Positions 1 to 8,303 of a stretch of 26,335 nucleotides of DNA are shown one piece after another; position 1 is the stretch's first letter, and the number at the start of each line of letters is the position of its first letter. Location of the stretch: positions 1 to 26,335 of the IMG/VR virus record IMGVR_UViG_3300046786_000151; one strand, 5' to 3'. Both the position numbers and the translations under genes were made by a program. Below the pieces are notes generated by a model. The model was given only the letters and a program-made list of their open reading frames with translations, was not told the DNA's origin and ran no database searches. The DNA comes from a virus (lineage: Duplodnaviria; Caudoviricetes).

Positions 1-1562
1 GGAGGTTTGTTTCCAAAAACAGCAGCGGTTCCCCCACCAGTAATACCGCCCACAACAAGACCAGCGGCAGTGGCTTCGCCTACACCGGCCAAAGCTTCGC
101 GTCCCGGTTCCACTTGCTGCATGGCAAGGTTGGTACCTATTTGCTCACCGGCACTTTGGATGCCTTCAGTTATAGATTCTCCGGCAAAACCTTTAGTAAA
201 ACGCGGAATCAGTTTTCCGCCTTCGCCAATGACCCTACCTAAAATCCCGCCAAGGGCAAGGTTTGTTGCGGCATCAACGGCACCGCCGACTACACCGGAT
301 TCTTGCGATGCAGCAGTTGCAAGTTTTAACCGCGCAGCTTCTGGACTATAGCCTTGCCGTATAAGGTCTTTGTAATAGGGCGACTTTTCCAAGACATCTT
401 GCGGCACTGCCATCGCTTCTTGGAAAGTCTGATTTCTTTGGATACCGTAGCCAGCAGCACCTTCACTGACGGCACCCACTTTGGCCATTGTTTCCGCGCC
501 GGCTTTTATCGATGCGTTTCTAGCAGCAGTTCTAGCAGCTTCAGCAGTTGCACCATTGGCTAGGGCCGAAGCTTCAGCTTCGGAAGCAGCTTGAAGTGAG
601 CGGCCTCTCGTAAAGTACGCAGTAACCGCCAATGCAAGAGTGGTAGGCAGTGAGTTTAAAACGTCGCCTGCTATTCGAGTTGGCGATAGATACGCCGCTT
701 TATCTGGCGACAAGGTAGCGTACTCAAGCTTGCTTAAAGATCGTCCAGAAACAGCGCCACGCTCATCAGGTGATACCTGTTGCATTATCTCTGCCGCACG
801 CGCAGTCTGCTCATTGGCAAAACGCGAAAGCGCCATAGTGGCGCTTTTTTCTGTAAACGCTTTTAAAGTTTCGGGATCGTCTTTAAATAACGTCGCGGCA
901 TCACTTTCACTTAAAGTAAAAGGATTTAATTCGTCAATGATTCTGGCCCCTGCTGCCAGTAAAGAACGACCGCCTGATTCTGCTGAAGCGCCAATAAAAC
1001 TGCGAGGCTCAGTCTTTCTTACTTGTTCAGCAAGCCGCTCAGATTCCGTCACCCGATCAACAAGACCGCGAAGTGTCGGTTCCTTTTTCCGTTCTAAGGC
1101 TTCGACAGTACGCTGCACCAATGGAGACTGATCTTCTTTTTTTGCAATGCCTTCGCGAACATCGCGTGCTTTACGTAATGCTTCTTCGCTGATTGGACCT
1201 TGGCCAAGATCAAGCCGGCGATCAGGCGCAGGTTTGCGGGGAGGCTCTTTGTCCATCACACTGCCGGGACCGCTAATCAAATCTTTAATTGCACTGCTAA
1301 CACGGTCAACGATGCTTGGTTCTTCTTTGGCTACCTTGGCTTCAAACGTGGTTGGGCCGGCGTAGGCTTCTTTCTTTTGTTCAGGGGCAGGTGCTTCAGG
1401 CTTCTTAGGCTCATACGTAGCAAGGTGAGAAATGATATCTTCGTCAGAATACCCAGCTTTACGGGCACCTGCCGTATCAAATTTTTTCTGAGAAGCCAGA
1501 TAGTCAGCAATCTCGCGATTGCTGTATCCGGCTTTTCTAGCACCTTGGATGTCAAATGGCAT
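1..1562 (-). CDS. Large internal virion / DNA ejection protein (P22 gp16-like position), 3' truncated by the window edge
   Basis: Absent from the ORF track because it has no stop in the window. ATG at 1562 reads MPFDIQGARKAGYSNREIADYL..., and the same frame gives ...ESITEGIQSAGEQIGTNLAMQQ...GLVVGGITGGG near base 1. It is Ala/Gly-rich and helical and is the last visible gene of the ejection cluster. Confidence 0.75.
   Translation of the reverse strand, partial: MPFDIQGARKAGYSNREIADYLASQKKFDTAGARKAGYSDEDIISHLATYEPKKPEAPAPEQKKEAYAGPTTFEAKVAKEEPSIVDRVSSAIKDLISGPGSVMDKEPPRKPAPDRRLDLGQGPISEEALRKARDVREGIAKKEDQSPLVQRTVEALERKKEPTLRGLVDRVTESERLAEQVRKTEPRSFIGASAESGGRSLLAAGARIIDELNPFTLSESDAATLFKDDPETLKAFTEKSATMALSRFANEQTARAAEIMQQVSPDERGAVSGRSLSKLEYATLSPDKAAYLSPTRIAGDVLNSLPTTLALAVTAYFTRGRSLQAASEAEASALANGATAEAARTAARNASIKAGAETMAKVGAVSEGAAGYGIQRNQTFQEAMAVPQDVLEKSPYYKDLIRQGYSPEAARLKLATAASQESGVVGGAVDAATNLALGGILGRVIGEGGKLIPRFTKGFAGESITEGIQSAGEQIGTNLAMQQVEPGREALAGVGEATAAGLVVGGITGGGTAAVFGNKP
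1422..1556 (-). repeat. Two-copy 25-aa N-terminal repeat (FDxxGARKAGYSxxxIxxxL)
   Basis: FDIQGARKAGYSNREIADYL and FDTAGARKAGYSDEDIISHL, 75 nt apart. Confidence 0.85.
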
Positions 1563-1571
1563 TTGCTATCC

Positions 1572-2684
1572 TTACTTGTTAAACGATTCTAGGCTTGGCT
1601 TACCCTTACCGTTGCCGGATTTACTTTTATCTTCTTCAGGTTTGTCTCGCCAACTCTGCAAATCGTTACGACGTTTTCTAACATTGCTGCGCAAAGCTTC
1701 TACCTCTTCAAGTTTTTTCTTTGCGCTAGCATCACCGCTATCTGCTTTCTTTTGTAACGATTGAATCTTTTCGTTTATCTTACCTTTATCAGGTACGCCA
1801 AGAGCTTCGGCAAGATCGTCCTCGGCAGCTTCCAATTTACGATGAAGATCGGCGGTCGTTACTTTCTCTCCACCGGAAGAACCATTACCGGAAACAAAAT
1901 GTTTAGTAGCTGCAAGTTTTCTTTCGGCTGTAACAAACCCTTTATTGCCGGCTTTGGTAATAGCATCATTGATTTCATTCTGTGTCTTCTCAGCAGCCGC
2001 TTCGTCGCGTTGGGTTTTACCGGCTTTCCATTTAGCTGCCAACATTTTAGCTTCTGCTTCAGGAACACCTTGCGCAATCATCGCCTGAACTTTTGCCAGC
2101 TCTTGTTTTGCAAGGAGGTCAGCTTCTTCTTTAACTACGTTTTTCTCGACAAGAGCGCGTACATTTTCCAGTCTCTGAGTAGCATCTTTTTCTGCTTGAA
2201 GTTTAGGAATACCAGCGGTTTTTTCTTCTTCAAATTTTGCTTTCAAAGCGTTGGCCGTTCTTCGGGCTTCCTTAACGTCGTAACCTGATTTTTCTGCGGC
2301 ATCAATCTCTGCATTGAGAGCGTCGTATTTCGCTTTAGCCTGCTTATCATAGATGCCGCTCTTCGACATAGCGGTTAACTCGGCATCTATGCCAGCAACT
2401 TTATTTTGAGCTTCAAGGGCCGGCAGATTAGTTTTGCTACGTTCTTCAAGGGTTGTTACCTGACCAGCGACATTTGCTTTGGCAGTTGTTTGAGCTTCCG
2501 GAATCGCACGATTCTGTTTGCGCTGGAACATCACTTCATCAAGACGCAACTTCTCCTCGGATTCCATGTCCATCAATTCTTTGCGCAGCTTGGCTTCGTT
2601 CTGCTTCTTGGCTTCCATCTCCCCTATGCTGGAGAGAGCTTTGCCAAAACCGCCAAGTGCGGCAGCGATTAAACCCTCGGCCAT
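1572..2684 (-). CDS. Putative DNA ejection / internal virion protein (370 aa)
   Basis: Amphipathic Gly/Ala N-terminus (MAEGLIAAALGGFGKALS) followed by long A/K/E coiled coil. Sits between the gp7-like gene and the large ejection gene. Confidence 0.65.
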   Translation of the reverse strand: MAEGLIAAALGGFGKALSSIGEMEAKKQNEAKLRKELMDMESEEKLRLDEVMFQRKQNRAIPEAQTTAKANVAGQVTTLEERSKTNLPALEAQNKVAGIDAELTAMSKSGIYDKQAKAKYDALNAEIDAAEKSGYDVKEARRTANALKAKFEEEKTAGIPKLQAEKDATQRLENVRALVEKNVVKEEADLLAKQELAKVQAMIAQGVPEAEAKMLAAKWKAGKTQRDEAAAEKTQNEINDAITKAGNKGFVTAERKLAATKHFVSGNGSSGGEKVTTADLHRKLEAAEDDLAEALGVPDKGKINEKIQSLQKKADSGDASAKKKLEEVEALRSNVRKRRNDLQSWRDKPEEDKSKSGNGKGKPSLESFNK

Positions 2685-2685
2685 G

Positions 2686-3171
2686 TTAAGCCCCCATCTC
2701 AGTAGGAATATTTTCGTCGCTGTACTGGTTCAACATCTGATTCATCTTTTCGGTATCGACGCCAAACTTTTGCAGTATCGTTGACATGAATACTTGCATG
2801 GCGTCGCCTATATCTGCATTTGTAATTTTTTCAATTTCAGATTTACGAATGAAGTCGGCTGCGCGAGATATCAAATTGATGCCGGCAGGAATAATAACTT
2901 CGGGCGGTATAGTGCCGTTCGATTCTTTAATTAGCATCAGCATCAAACCAGCGATGCCTTTGCCAAGCTTGTCGCCAAGGGGGCCTTCCTTCTGAAGCTC
3001 ATCCAGCATAAGCTTGTGAGATTCTTTGGAGAACATAACCTTCATGCCAGCAATCACAACACGCTCATAAGCTTCTTGCAGCTCCGGCGGCATGTTAATG
3101 TTTTTCTTAATGGTTTCTGTATCAAGGTCATCGCCTTCAGGGCGTGCCATTTTGTCTTGGATGATTGCCAT
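2686..3171 (-). CDS. Hypothetical helical protein (161 aa) in the ejection operon
   Basis: AGGAG SD before the ATG, tight packing with neighbours. No motif recognised. Confidence 0.7.
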   Translation of the reverse strand: MAIIQDKMARPEGDDLDTETIKKNINMPPELQEAYERVVIAGMKVMFSKESHKLMLDELQKEGPLGDKLGKGIAGLMLMLIKESNGTIPPEVIIPAGINLISRAADFIRKSEIEKITNADIGDAMQVFMSTILQKFGVDTEKMNQMLNQYSDENIPTEMGA

Positions 3172-3181
3172 GTTTTTCTCC

Positions 3182-4279
3182 TTATGCTGCTGGCTGCATA
3201 GCGCCAGAGATCAAACCGCCGGCTTGTGCTTGACCAAGAACCGCAGGGTTGACGTTGATACCAGTATTAACTTGACCGTAACCCGCGTTCAGATTTGCGC
3301 GTCGTTGTTTTTCTCTGGCAATCTCTTCTTGCATCTGCATAGCTTTTGCATCAGCGTAACCGGTCTGCGCTTCAAGCGCAGCAATCTCTGCGTCCGTTTT
3401 ACCGGACAGGTAATCCGAAATCGGCGCGGCAATTTGGCCGATGGCCATGGCACCGTAGGGATTAGTTATCGGGTTAAGTCCCGATGCAATATTTTTCGTT
3501 CCTTCCCACGCCATGTTGGCGTAATCTTTTACGCCAAAACTACCGCCGGCTGCACCAGTTACTTGTTCGTTGTTTAAGAAATACCGGCCTGACGGATCGA
3601 TTGCTGCCGAATTACCGCTGGCATCTTTAAAGTATTGCCAATCACTTCCAGTCTGTCCGGCACCAGCGGGGTTAGTGATTTTTTGAAAACCACCGGCAGC
3701 AACATCGTCAACCGCATCGGCTGCGGAGGGAGTTAAACTACCTCCTGCATAAGAGTTTGCGTTTTGCGCACCACGACCAGTGGTTTCTATTCCGGTTGCG
3801 CGAGCTGCTGCGACGTTTTTTTCTACGTCGGCCATTTCTGCATTCCGAGCCAGTTGATCGGCTTGTGAAACATTGCCGGGTGCTTGGTTTGTAGGTGTTG
3901 CACTCAAAGCGGAAGTATTGGCTGTACTACCAAACGTTTCACCGAGTGTCGGGGTTTTTGTAATCCAGCCTTTTGCTTCAGCCAAAGAACCGATACCGCC
4001 AGCAACACCCGCGATCATACCTATCTTTGACAGTGTTTTATTTCCGGTCACATTACCGACAAGGCTCATTGCTGCGCCAGCAAAAGTGATCCCTTGCATG
4101 ACCGTCATTGCGGCAAAACTTCCAGCAGCCGAAAAAGTGCCGGCCATACTCGCGATAGAAATAGCCGCGCTGATTGGGTCATTCTTTTCGCCGTATGCCG
4201 CGCCGCCGGTCGGGTCACCCACAGGGTGGTCGGCGGACATGGTGCGGCTGATAGACCGCGAGAAGTAGATTTTAGACAT
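3182..4279 (-). CDS. Putative DNA ejection (pilot) protein, P22 gp7-like (365 aa)
   Basis: Hydrophobic Gly/Ala-rich N-terminal segments and a C-terminal coiled coil. Start overlaps the stop of the gp14-like gene (TGATG). Confidence 0.6.
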   Translation of the reverse strand: MSKIYFSRSISRTMSADHPVGDPTGGAAYGEKNDPISAAISIASMAGTFSAAGSFAAMTVMQGITFAGAAMSLVGNVTGNKTLSKIGMIAGVAGGIGSLAEAKGWITKTPTLGETFGSTANTSALSATPTNQAPGNVSQADQLARNAEMADVEKNVAAARATGIETTGRGAQNANSYAGGSLTPSAADAVDDVAAGGFQKITNPAGAGQTGSDWQYFKDASGNSAAIDPSGRYFLNNEQVTGAAGGSFGVKDYANMAWEGTKNIASGLNPITNPYGAMAIGQIAAPISDYLSGKTDAEIAALEAQTGYADAKAMQMQEEIAREKQRRANLNAGYGQVNTGINVNPAVLGQAQAGGLISGAMQPAA

Positions 4280-4668
4280 CAGTGTTTCCTTTCAAACGGC
4301 ATGCTGGCCAGCATGTAGTATTCAAAATTTTCGTCTTTCCACGTAGGCTTGAAACCTACACGCTGCACAAATATCTTTTGCTTCAACCGGTGGTGCGGTA
4401 CTCTGGTCGTTATGAATCCGTGCCGATCAAACAGCGGTTTCAAGAAACCGTGAATCACACGACGCTGAGATGTTTTTGGTCGATAACCTTCTACAGCCGC
4501 AATGTGAATCTCAGTACCTTTGGCAATTACCGTTGCTGCGTGCTGCCCTTCCATCTCAACCGGTATCAACTCCCAGTCTTCCAGATACTTCAGTATGTCC
4601 TGCTTTGCCAAGGGCAAGCCTTGGCGAATTGACGCAACGATAGGTTCCAGTAAAGCTTCTCGGTTCAT
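4279..4668 (-). CDS. GNAT-fold-like virion assembly protein (P22 gp14-like, 129 aa)
   Basis: EIHIA...ITTRV...FVQRVGFK pattern resembles degenerate phage GNAT proteins that precede ejection genes. Confidence 0.55.
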   Translation of the reverse strand: MNREALLEPIVASIRQGLPLAKQDILKYLEDWELIPVEMEGQHAATVIAKGTEIHIAAVEGYRPKTSQRRVIHGFLKPLFDRHGFITTRVPHHRLKQKIFVQRVGFKPTWKDENFEYYMLASMPFERKH

Positions 4669-5873
4669 CAGAACGTAATCAACTCTTTCAGACCTTGAAT
4701 ACCTGATGTCGCGCTGAGAATAGCCATAGAACCCTGCAAGTAGGATTTCTGGGTATCAACGGCTGCTTGTTTCGGGCTTACGATTTCTTTGTTATTCGCA
4801 TCATACAATTTACCGCCTACTATTTTTGTAGCGTTAGGCGGCCAGTTCTTCTTGTCTTCAGTAGGCGCTTTACCGTCAGTCGTTGAATAAGAAGACAGAT
4901 CAGGGTTCGCCATGATGTCAGCAATATTTTTTGTAGCTTGCTGGAATATCTCGTTGGCTGATGCTGACGCTTGCATTGCATTTTTGTATTGAGCTTCTGT
5001 AGCAGCCAAATCTTTGCGAGTCTGAGCATCAATGTTTTGCAGCTCAATCTTCGTGGCCGCGTCAGCGTTGGCAAGCGAAACCTTCATCGCTTGGTCCATC
5101 ATGTTCGCCACGTTGGCGTTGACGTTCTTGGCAAAGTCACTTGCCGAAATATTCTGCGCGGTAGCTTCAAACTTAGCTGCTTCGTTTTGAGCGGAAGCAT
5201 TAGCTAACGACGCAGCGTTTTCCGCGCTTGCGCCAAATCTCGATGCCTCATTGATCGCAGCTTGATTAGCGGCAGCAGCAACGTTCTCAGCAGTTGCGCC
5301 GAACTTTGCAGCCTCATTCTTGGCGGCAGTGTTTGAAGCGGCTATAACGTTCTGAGCATTAGCGCCGAACTCGGCTGCTTTGCTTTGAAGATTGGTGTTG
5401 AATTGCGCCATCGCGTTGGCGGTATCGGCATTTGTTTTTGCTGCCGAACCATACATTGCTGCGTCAGCTTGCGCGATCGGAAGCGCCTGTTTGATCACTG
5501 CTTCTTGACCAGCACCAACAGCCATACTGGAATTGATCAGGCCACGTCGATTCATCTGGGCCAGAGACTGCGCTCTGGCTTGCTGCATCAAAGGCGAATC
5601 GGCAGCGATCACACCTTCTAATTGGCCTTGAACTGTTTGTGGACTGGTGACATTCCAATTAGTACCGGTTGCGGTACCTGCGTTATATCCAGTAGCTTGT
5701 GCCTGTGCCGCGTCATAGCCCGACGACTTTTGCCCGACGGCATCGTAACCAGTAGCGCCGGCATTTGCCGCGTCATATCCAGTCGTGTCTGCTTGCATCG
5801 TGCCAGCCGCTGCTTGCTGTTGCAATTGAGCGGGGGTCTTAGTTGCAAAAGGGTTGTCTGCTGTAGCCATCAT
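4668..5873 (-). CDS. Ala/Gln/Asn-rich internal virion protein with internal repeats (about 400 aa)
   Basis: GGAG SD. MNRRGLINSSMAVGA motif, GYDA repeats with 10-aa period, and F-G-A-x-A-x-N repeats with 22-aa period. First gene after the 5884-5971 regulatory unit. Confidence 0.7.
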   Translation of the reverse strand: MMATADNPFATKTPAQLQQQAAAGTMQADTTGYDAANAGATGYDAVGQKSSGYDAAQAQATGYNAGTATGTNWNVTSPQTVQGQLEGVIAADSPLMQQARAQSLAQMNRRGLINSSMAVGAGQEAVIKQALPIAQADAAMYGSAAKTNADTANAMAQFNTNLQSKAAEFGANAQNVIAASNTAAKNEAAKFGATAENVAAAANQAAINEASRFGASAENAASLANASAQNEAAKFEATAQNISASDFAKNVNANVANMMDQAMKVSLANADAATKIELQNIDAQTRKDLAATEAQYKNAMQASASANEIFQQATKNIADIMANPDLSSYSTTDGKAPTEDKKNWPPNATKIVGGKLYDANNKEIVSPKQAAVDTQKSYLQGSMAILSATSGIQGLKELITF

Positions 5874-5883
5874 TTAACTCCAC

Positions 5884-5916
5884 AAAAATAAAAAGCCGCT
5901 TCAATGAGCGGCTTTT
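5884..5916 (-). terminator. Intrinsic terminator immediately before the ejection operon
   Basis: Plus-strand AAAAGCCGCT-TCAATG-AGCGGCTTTT, giving a minus-strand hairpin followed by TTTTTATTTTT. T-tracts on both sides make it potentially bidirectional. Confidence 0.85.
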
Positions 5917-5941
5917 TTCAGGGCGCAGGCCCTCTTCGAAA

Positions 5942-5971
5942 ATTCTACCATTAACATTTCCAAACGCGCAA
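5942..5971 (-). promoter_or_regulatory. Sigma70-type promoter (copy 1)
   Basis: TTGCGC (5971-5966), 18 nt, TAGAAT (5947-5942) with an extended -10 TG. Near-identical architecture to 21474-21503. Confidence 0.7.
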
Positions 5972-6196
5972 CGATTTATTGATGCGGCTGTTCGGATCAT
6001 TTGCCGTTTTGGCACTTGTCAATTTGGCTTTCATTCCCTTCATTCGGGCGCAAAAGCTTTTCTTTCTGGAACCACCTTCGGGTTGCGGCGGCTTCAGATC
6101 GCTGCCGGGATTATCCCGCTCGTAGCTTTTCCGGCCTGTCTCATTCAGGCCGCCGGCTTCGCTCTTGCCGGCCTTCTTTGTCCAAGCTGCTGTCAT
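5951..6196 (-). CDS. Small basic phage protein (DUF6321-like, 81 aa)
   Basis: ATG at 6196 overlaps the spanin stop (ATGA). The AW..K.GK...GGLN..GR.SY...RKKSFCARM.GMK...SRINKSLR.W.C pattern is recalled as DUF6321-type and was not verified by search. Confidence 0.65.
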   Translation of the reverse strand: MTAAWTKKAGKSEAGGLNETGRKSYERDNPGSDLKPPQPEGGSRKKSFCARMKGMKAKLTSAKTANDPNSRINKSLRVWKC

Positions 6197-6678
6197 GGGT
6201 TCACCCTCCTTACGGTTTCGTACTGGTCCCGGCACTGTCTGAGGAGGGCGCGGAGTTCGTCTGCTCTGGCAGCTTCCCTTGCAAGAAACTCTCCATCCGG
6301 GCGGTAAAGTTTTTCTCCAGTACATCCGGCGGGAGCGGGTCCAGCATTGGCGGTACTGGGCACGGTACTGGCTTCGGTGGTGGGGCGCTCCGCCCTGTCG
6401 CGCAAGCTGTTAGTAAGAGCGGTAGCCCGAGCATTAAGATTGCGAATCTCACGGTCTTTCTCCTGTCTGATTTGATCGGCGCTGGTTTGTAGCTGCTGTT
6501 CCTTCTCACGGGCGGCTGCCTGCGCTTGCGCGTAGGCGGACTCCTGTTCAGCGCGTTCCTTGTCCCAAGCCTGCTGGACCTTGGCTTGGCCGGCTTGATT
6601 ACCTTGGTAATATCCAGCGCCAGCCGCCCCGATCACCGCGATCACGAAACCGAGAATGATCCACGGGTTCGGAATCAT
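6193..6678 (-). CDS. i-spanin (Rz-like, 161 aa)
   Basis: Single N-terminal TM segment, long coiled coil, and C-terminal AARADELRALLRQC. Contains an out-of-frame lipoprotein gene. Confidence 0.8.
   Translation of the reverse strand: MIPNPWIILGFVIAVIGAAGAGYYQGNQAGQAKVQQAWDKERAEQESAYAQAQAAAREKEQQLQTSADQIRQEKDREIRNLNARATALTNSLRDRAERPTTEASTVPSTANAGPAPAGCTGEKLYRPDGEFLAREAARADELRALLRQCRDQYETVRRVNP
6210..6452 (-). CDS. o-spanin (Rz1-like lipoprotein, 80 aa) embedded in the i-spanin gene
   Basis: AGGAG SD before GTG at 6452. Signal peptide MRFAILMLGLPLLLTA-C with lipobox LTAC and a Pro-rich mature region. Confidence 0.8.
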   Translation of the reverse strand: MRFAILMLGLPLLLTACATGRSAPPPKPVPCPVPPMLDPLPPDVLEKNFTARMESFLQGKLPEQTNSAPSSDSAGTSTKP

Positions 6679-6839
6679 TTTGGCGGCACCTTAGTTCCGT
6701 CCAGCTTCTTGTGCATTTTGACCATCTTGCACACTTCGACCTCCTTACCTTTCTGCTTTTCTTTGTGGCAGACCTTCTTGGTCTCGGCAGCAAACAGGAC
6801 CAGTGGAACAAACGCAATAAGTGCAATCAGGTTTTTCAT
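6675..6839 (-). CDS. Small secreted Lys-rich protein (54 aa, below the ORF-track cutoff)
   Basis: MKNLIALIAFVPLVLFAAETKKVCHKEKQKGKEVEVCKMVKMHKKLDGTKVPPK. Has a signal peptide and two Cys. TGATG overlap upstream and ATGA overlap downstream fill the gap exactly. Confidence 0.75.
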   Translation of the reverse strand: MKNLIALIAFVPLVLFAAETKKVCHKEKQKGKEVEVCKMVKMHKKLDGTKVPPK

Positions 6840-7291
6840 CAGTTGATCTCCGGATGTGGTGGTTGAACAGGCGCTGGCTTGCCGCCGTAGCCTGCGATGG
6901 TTGTTGCATCTGCTACTACTGGGGCCGCGCTCGGCATGGGAGCCGGAGCTGCTGGGCTAGGTCTGGTCGGCGCTGGGTCTGACCGCTCTTTCTCAGTGGA
7001 CAGATTCGGCGGCACGAACTGCGGCAGCGCGTCCTTACCCTTGACTGCCAAGAGTGTGGCCAGCGATCCGAGGATGTATTTGCTCATGTCCGACAGGATC
7101 AGGAAGAACTGCTTGTCAGCCGGAGCCATGCCGTTCATTGGCTGGGTCACAAACACCACCGAGTACAGGCTGATGCCGACCATCATGACAACGGTGAAAC
7201 AGAAGGTGACAGCAATGCAGAACTTAATTACTGCATCGTGCTGTTCCTGCTGCATTGCAAGAAATTGGCTGATTAACTTTAGCGGGTTCAT
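6839..7291 (-). CDS. Two-TM membrane protein with Pro-rich C-terminal tail (holin candidate, 150 aa)
   Basis: GAGG SD, two hydrophobic segments (IKFCIAVTF...SVVFV; FFLIL...LATLLAV), located in the lysis cassette. Confidence 0.6.
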   Translation of the reverse strand: MNPLKLISQFLAMQQEQHDAVIKFCIAVTFCFTVVMMVGISLYSVVFVTQPMNGMAPADKQFFLILSDMSKYILGSLATLLAVKGKDALPQFVPPNLSTEKERSDPAPTRPSPAAPAPMPSAAPVVADATTIAGYGGKPAPVQPPHPEIN

Positions 7292-7460
7292 TTGTTTCCT
7301 CTGGCTTCATCAGTTGATCTGGACACGTACCGGTAGTGGTGCAGTACGGTTTTTTGCATTGCTTCGTTTCCCAGTTGTCTGGGTCTTGGCAAGGGTATCG
7401 GTAACGTTCACAGGCACTAAGCGCCCAGCACATGCAAAGCATGAGCGTAATGTTTTTCAC
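7224..7460 (-). CDS. Cys-rich small lipoprotein
   Basis: GTG at 7460 gives MKNITLMLCMCWALSA-C (lipobox LSAC) followed by RYRYPCQDPDNW...C...YC...GTC. Overlaps the endolysin 3' end. Confidence 0.7.
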   Translation of the reverse strand: MKNITLMLCMCWALSACERYRYPCQDPDNWETKQCKKPYCTTTGTCPDQLMKPEETNEPAKVNQPISCNAAGTARCSN

Positions 7461-8055
7461 GATCTGCGAGTCCAATGGTTCCTCCGTTAATCCGCTTAGT
7501 CATAGTCAGTATGTCGCCGGCATCTGCCAGCTTGTTCAAGCTTGTGTTCTCCCAATACCAGCATGCGCTCTGTGCCGCACCCTCGAAGGTCTGCATGTAC
7601 TCTGCCGCTTCTTCAGGCGTGATGTTCAGGGACGATGCAAACCAAAAATAATTATCCTTGCCTGTGACCTGAATCAACCCGCGCCCTTTGTACTTGGCCC
7701 CGTCGCCTGACGCCTCATCGCCGTTGCCCATACGGTTGGCGTAGACCTTGTTCGCAATTTTATCCGGCTGGCGTGCGTAGGCATTGGCTGTGGCTTGGTC
7801 GGGAAAGTATTTACCAAAGGTGCGCATCAAACCAGCGGCGCTGTAGTTTAGGTTTTCTGTCAAGAACACAAAACCACCTGATTCATGGCCGCATTGGGCC
7901 ATGAATGCGGCAATGCGTTTCGGGGTTGTGATCTCGTACTCATCCAGCAATGACTTGCCGCCAAGCTCGGTCTGCTTGCCGAACAAAGCGTCGTACCACG
8001 GCTGTGGGTATTTAGTGTTGGGAACTAGCTGCTTGAACTGCTGCATTGTGATCAT
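7417..8055 (-). CDS. Endolysin, glycoside hydrolase family 19 (chitinase-like)
   Basis: Motifs AAFMAQCGHESGG, ENLNYS, YANRMGNG, GDGAKYKGRGLIQVTGKDNY, TKRINGG. Confidence 0.93.
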   Translation of the reverse strand: MITMQQFKQLVPNTKYPQPWYDALFGKQTELGGKSLLDEYEITTPKRIAAFMAQCGHESGGFVFLTENLNYSAAGLMRTFGKYFPDQATANAYARQPDKIANKVYANRMGNGDEASGDGAKYKGRGLIQVTGKDNYFWFASSLNITPEEAAEYMQTFEGAAQSACWYWENTSLNKLADAGDILTMTKRINGGTIGLADREKHYAHALHVLGA

Positions 8056-8303
8056 TCTTCACCCCTCATTTCAAGTAGTATCTTTAGCCGCAGCTCTTTC
8101 ATCTTGCGTGTTTCTTCTGCTGCCCTGTGCAAAGCGTTGTTCATATCCATGTACATCACACCCATCACGGGCAGGGCAATCACTAGCACAAAACACAGGA
8201 CCACCACGGCGACAAGTAATGCCCACGGTACGTCTGGCTCGTTCGAAGAAGGAGGAGAACTCCGACGTACCACGTTACGACGAAAAGGATTGCTCCAACC
8301 CAT
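8052..8303 (-). CDS. Single-TM membrane protein (83 aa)
   Basis: Long hydrophobic stretch WALLVAVVVLCFVLVIALPVMGVMY then a short coiled coil. Stop overlaps the endolysin ATG (ATGA). Overlaps the upstream gene by 121 nt, so the start is uncertain. Confidence 0.6.
   Translation of the reverse strand: MGWSNPFRRNVVRRSSPPSSNEPDVPWALLVAVVVLCFVLVIALPVMGVMYMDMNNALHRAAEETRKMKELRLKILLEMRGEE

Noticed and set aside
7-1592. Several plus-strand ORFs and the 1331-1555 minus ORF
   Set aside because: Shadows or alternative frames of the open minus-strand gene starting at 1562.
1586-1615. Third TAGAAT on the minus strand
   Set aside because: Inside a coding region, with no TTGCRC at 18 nt and no conserved leader or terminator.
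6197-6325. N-terminal extension of the 5951-6325 ORF
   Set aside because: It would create a triple overlap with both spanins. The ATG at 6196 has an SD and an ATGA overlap.
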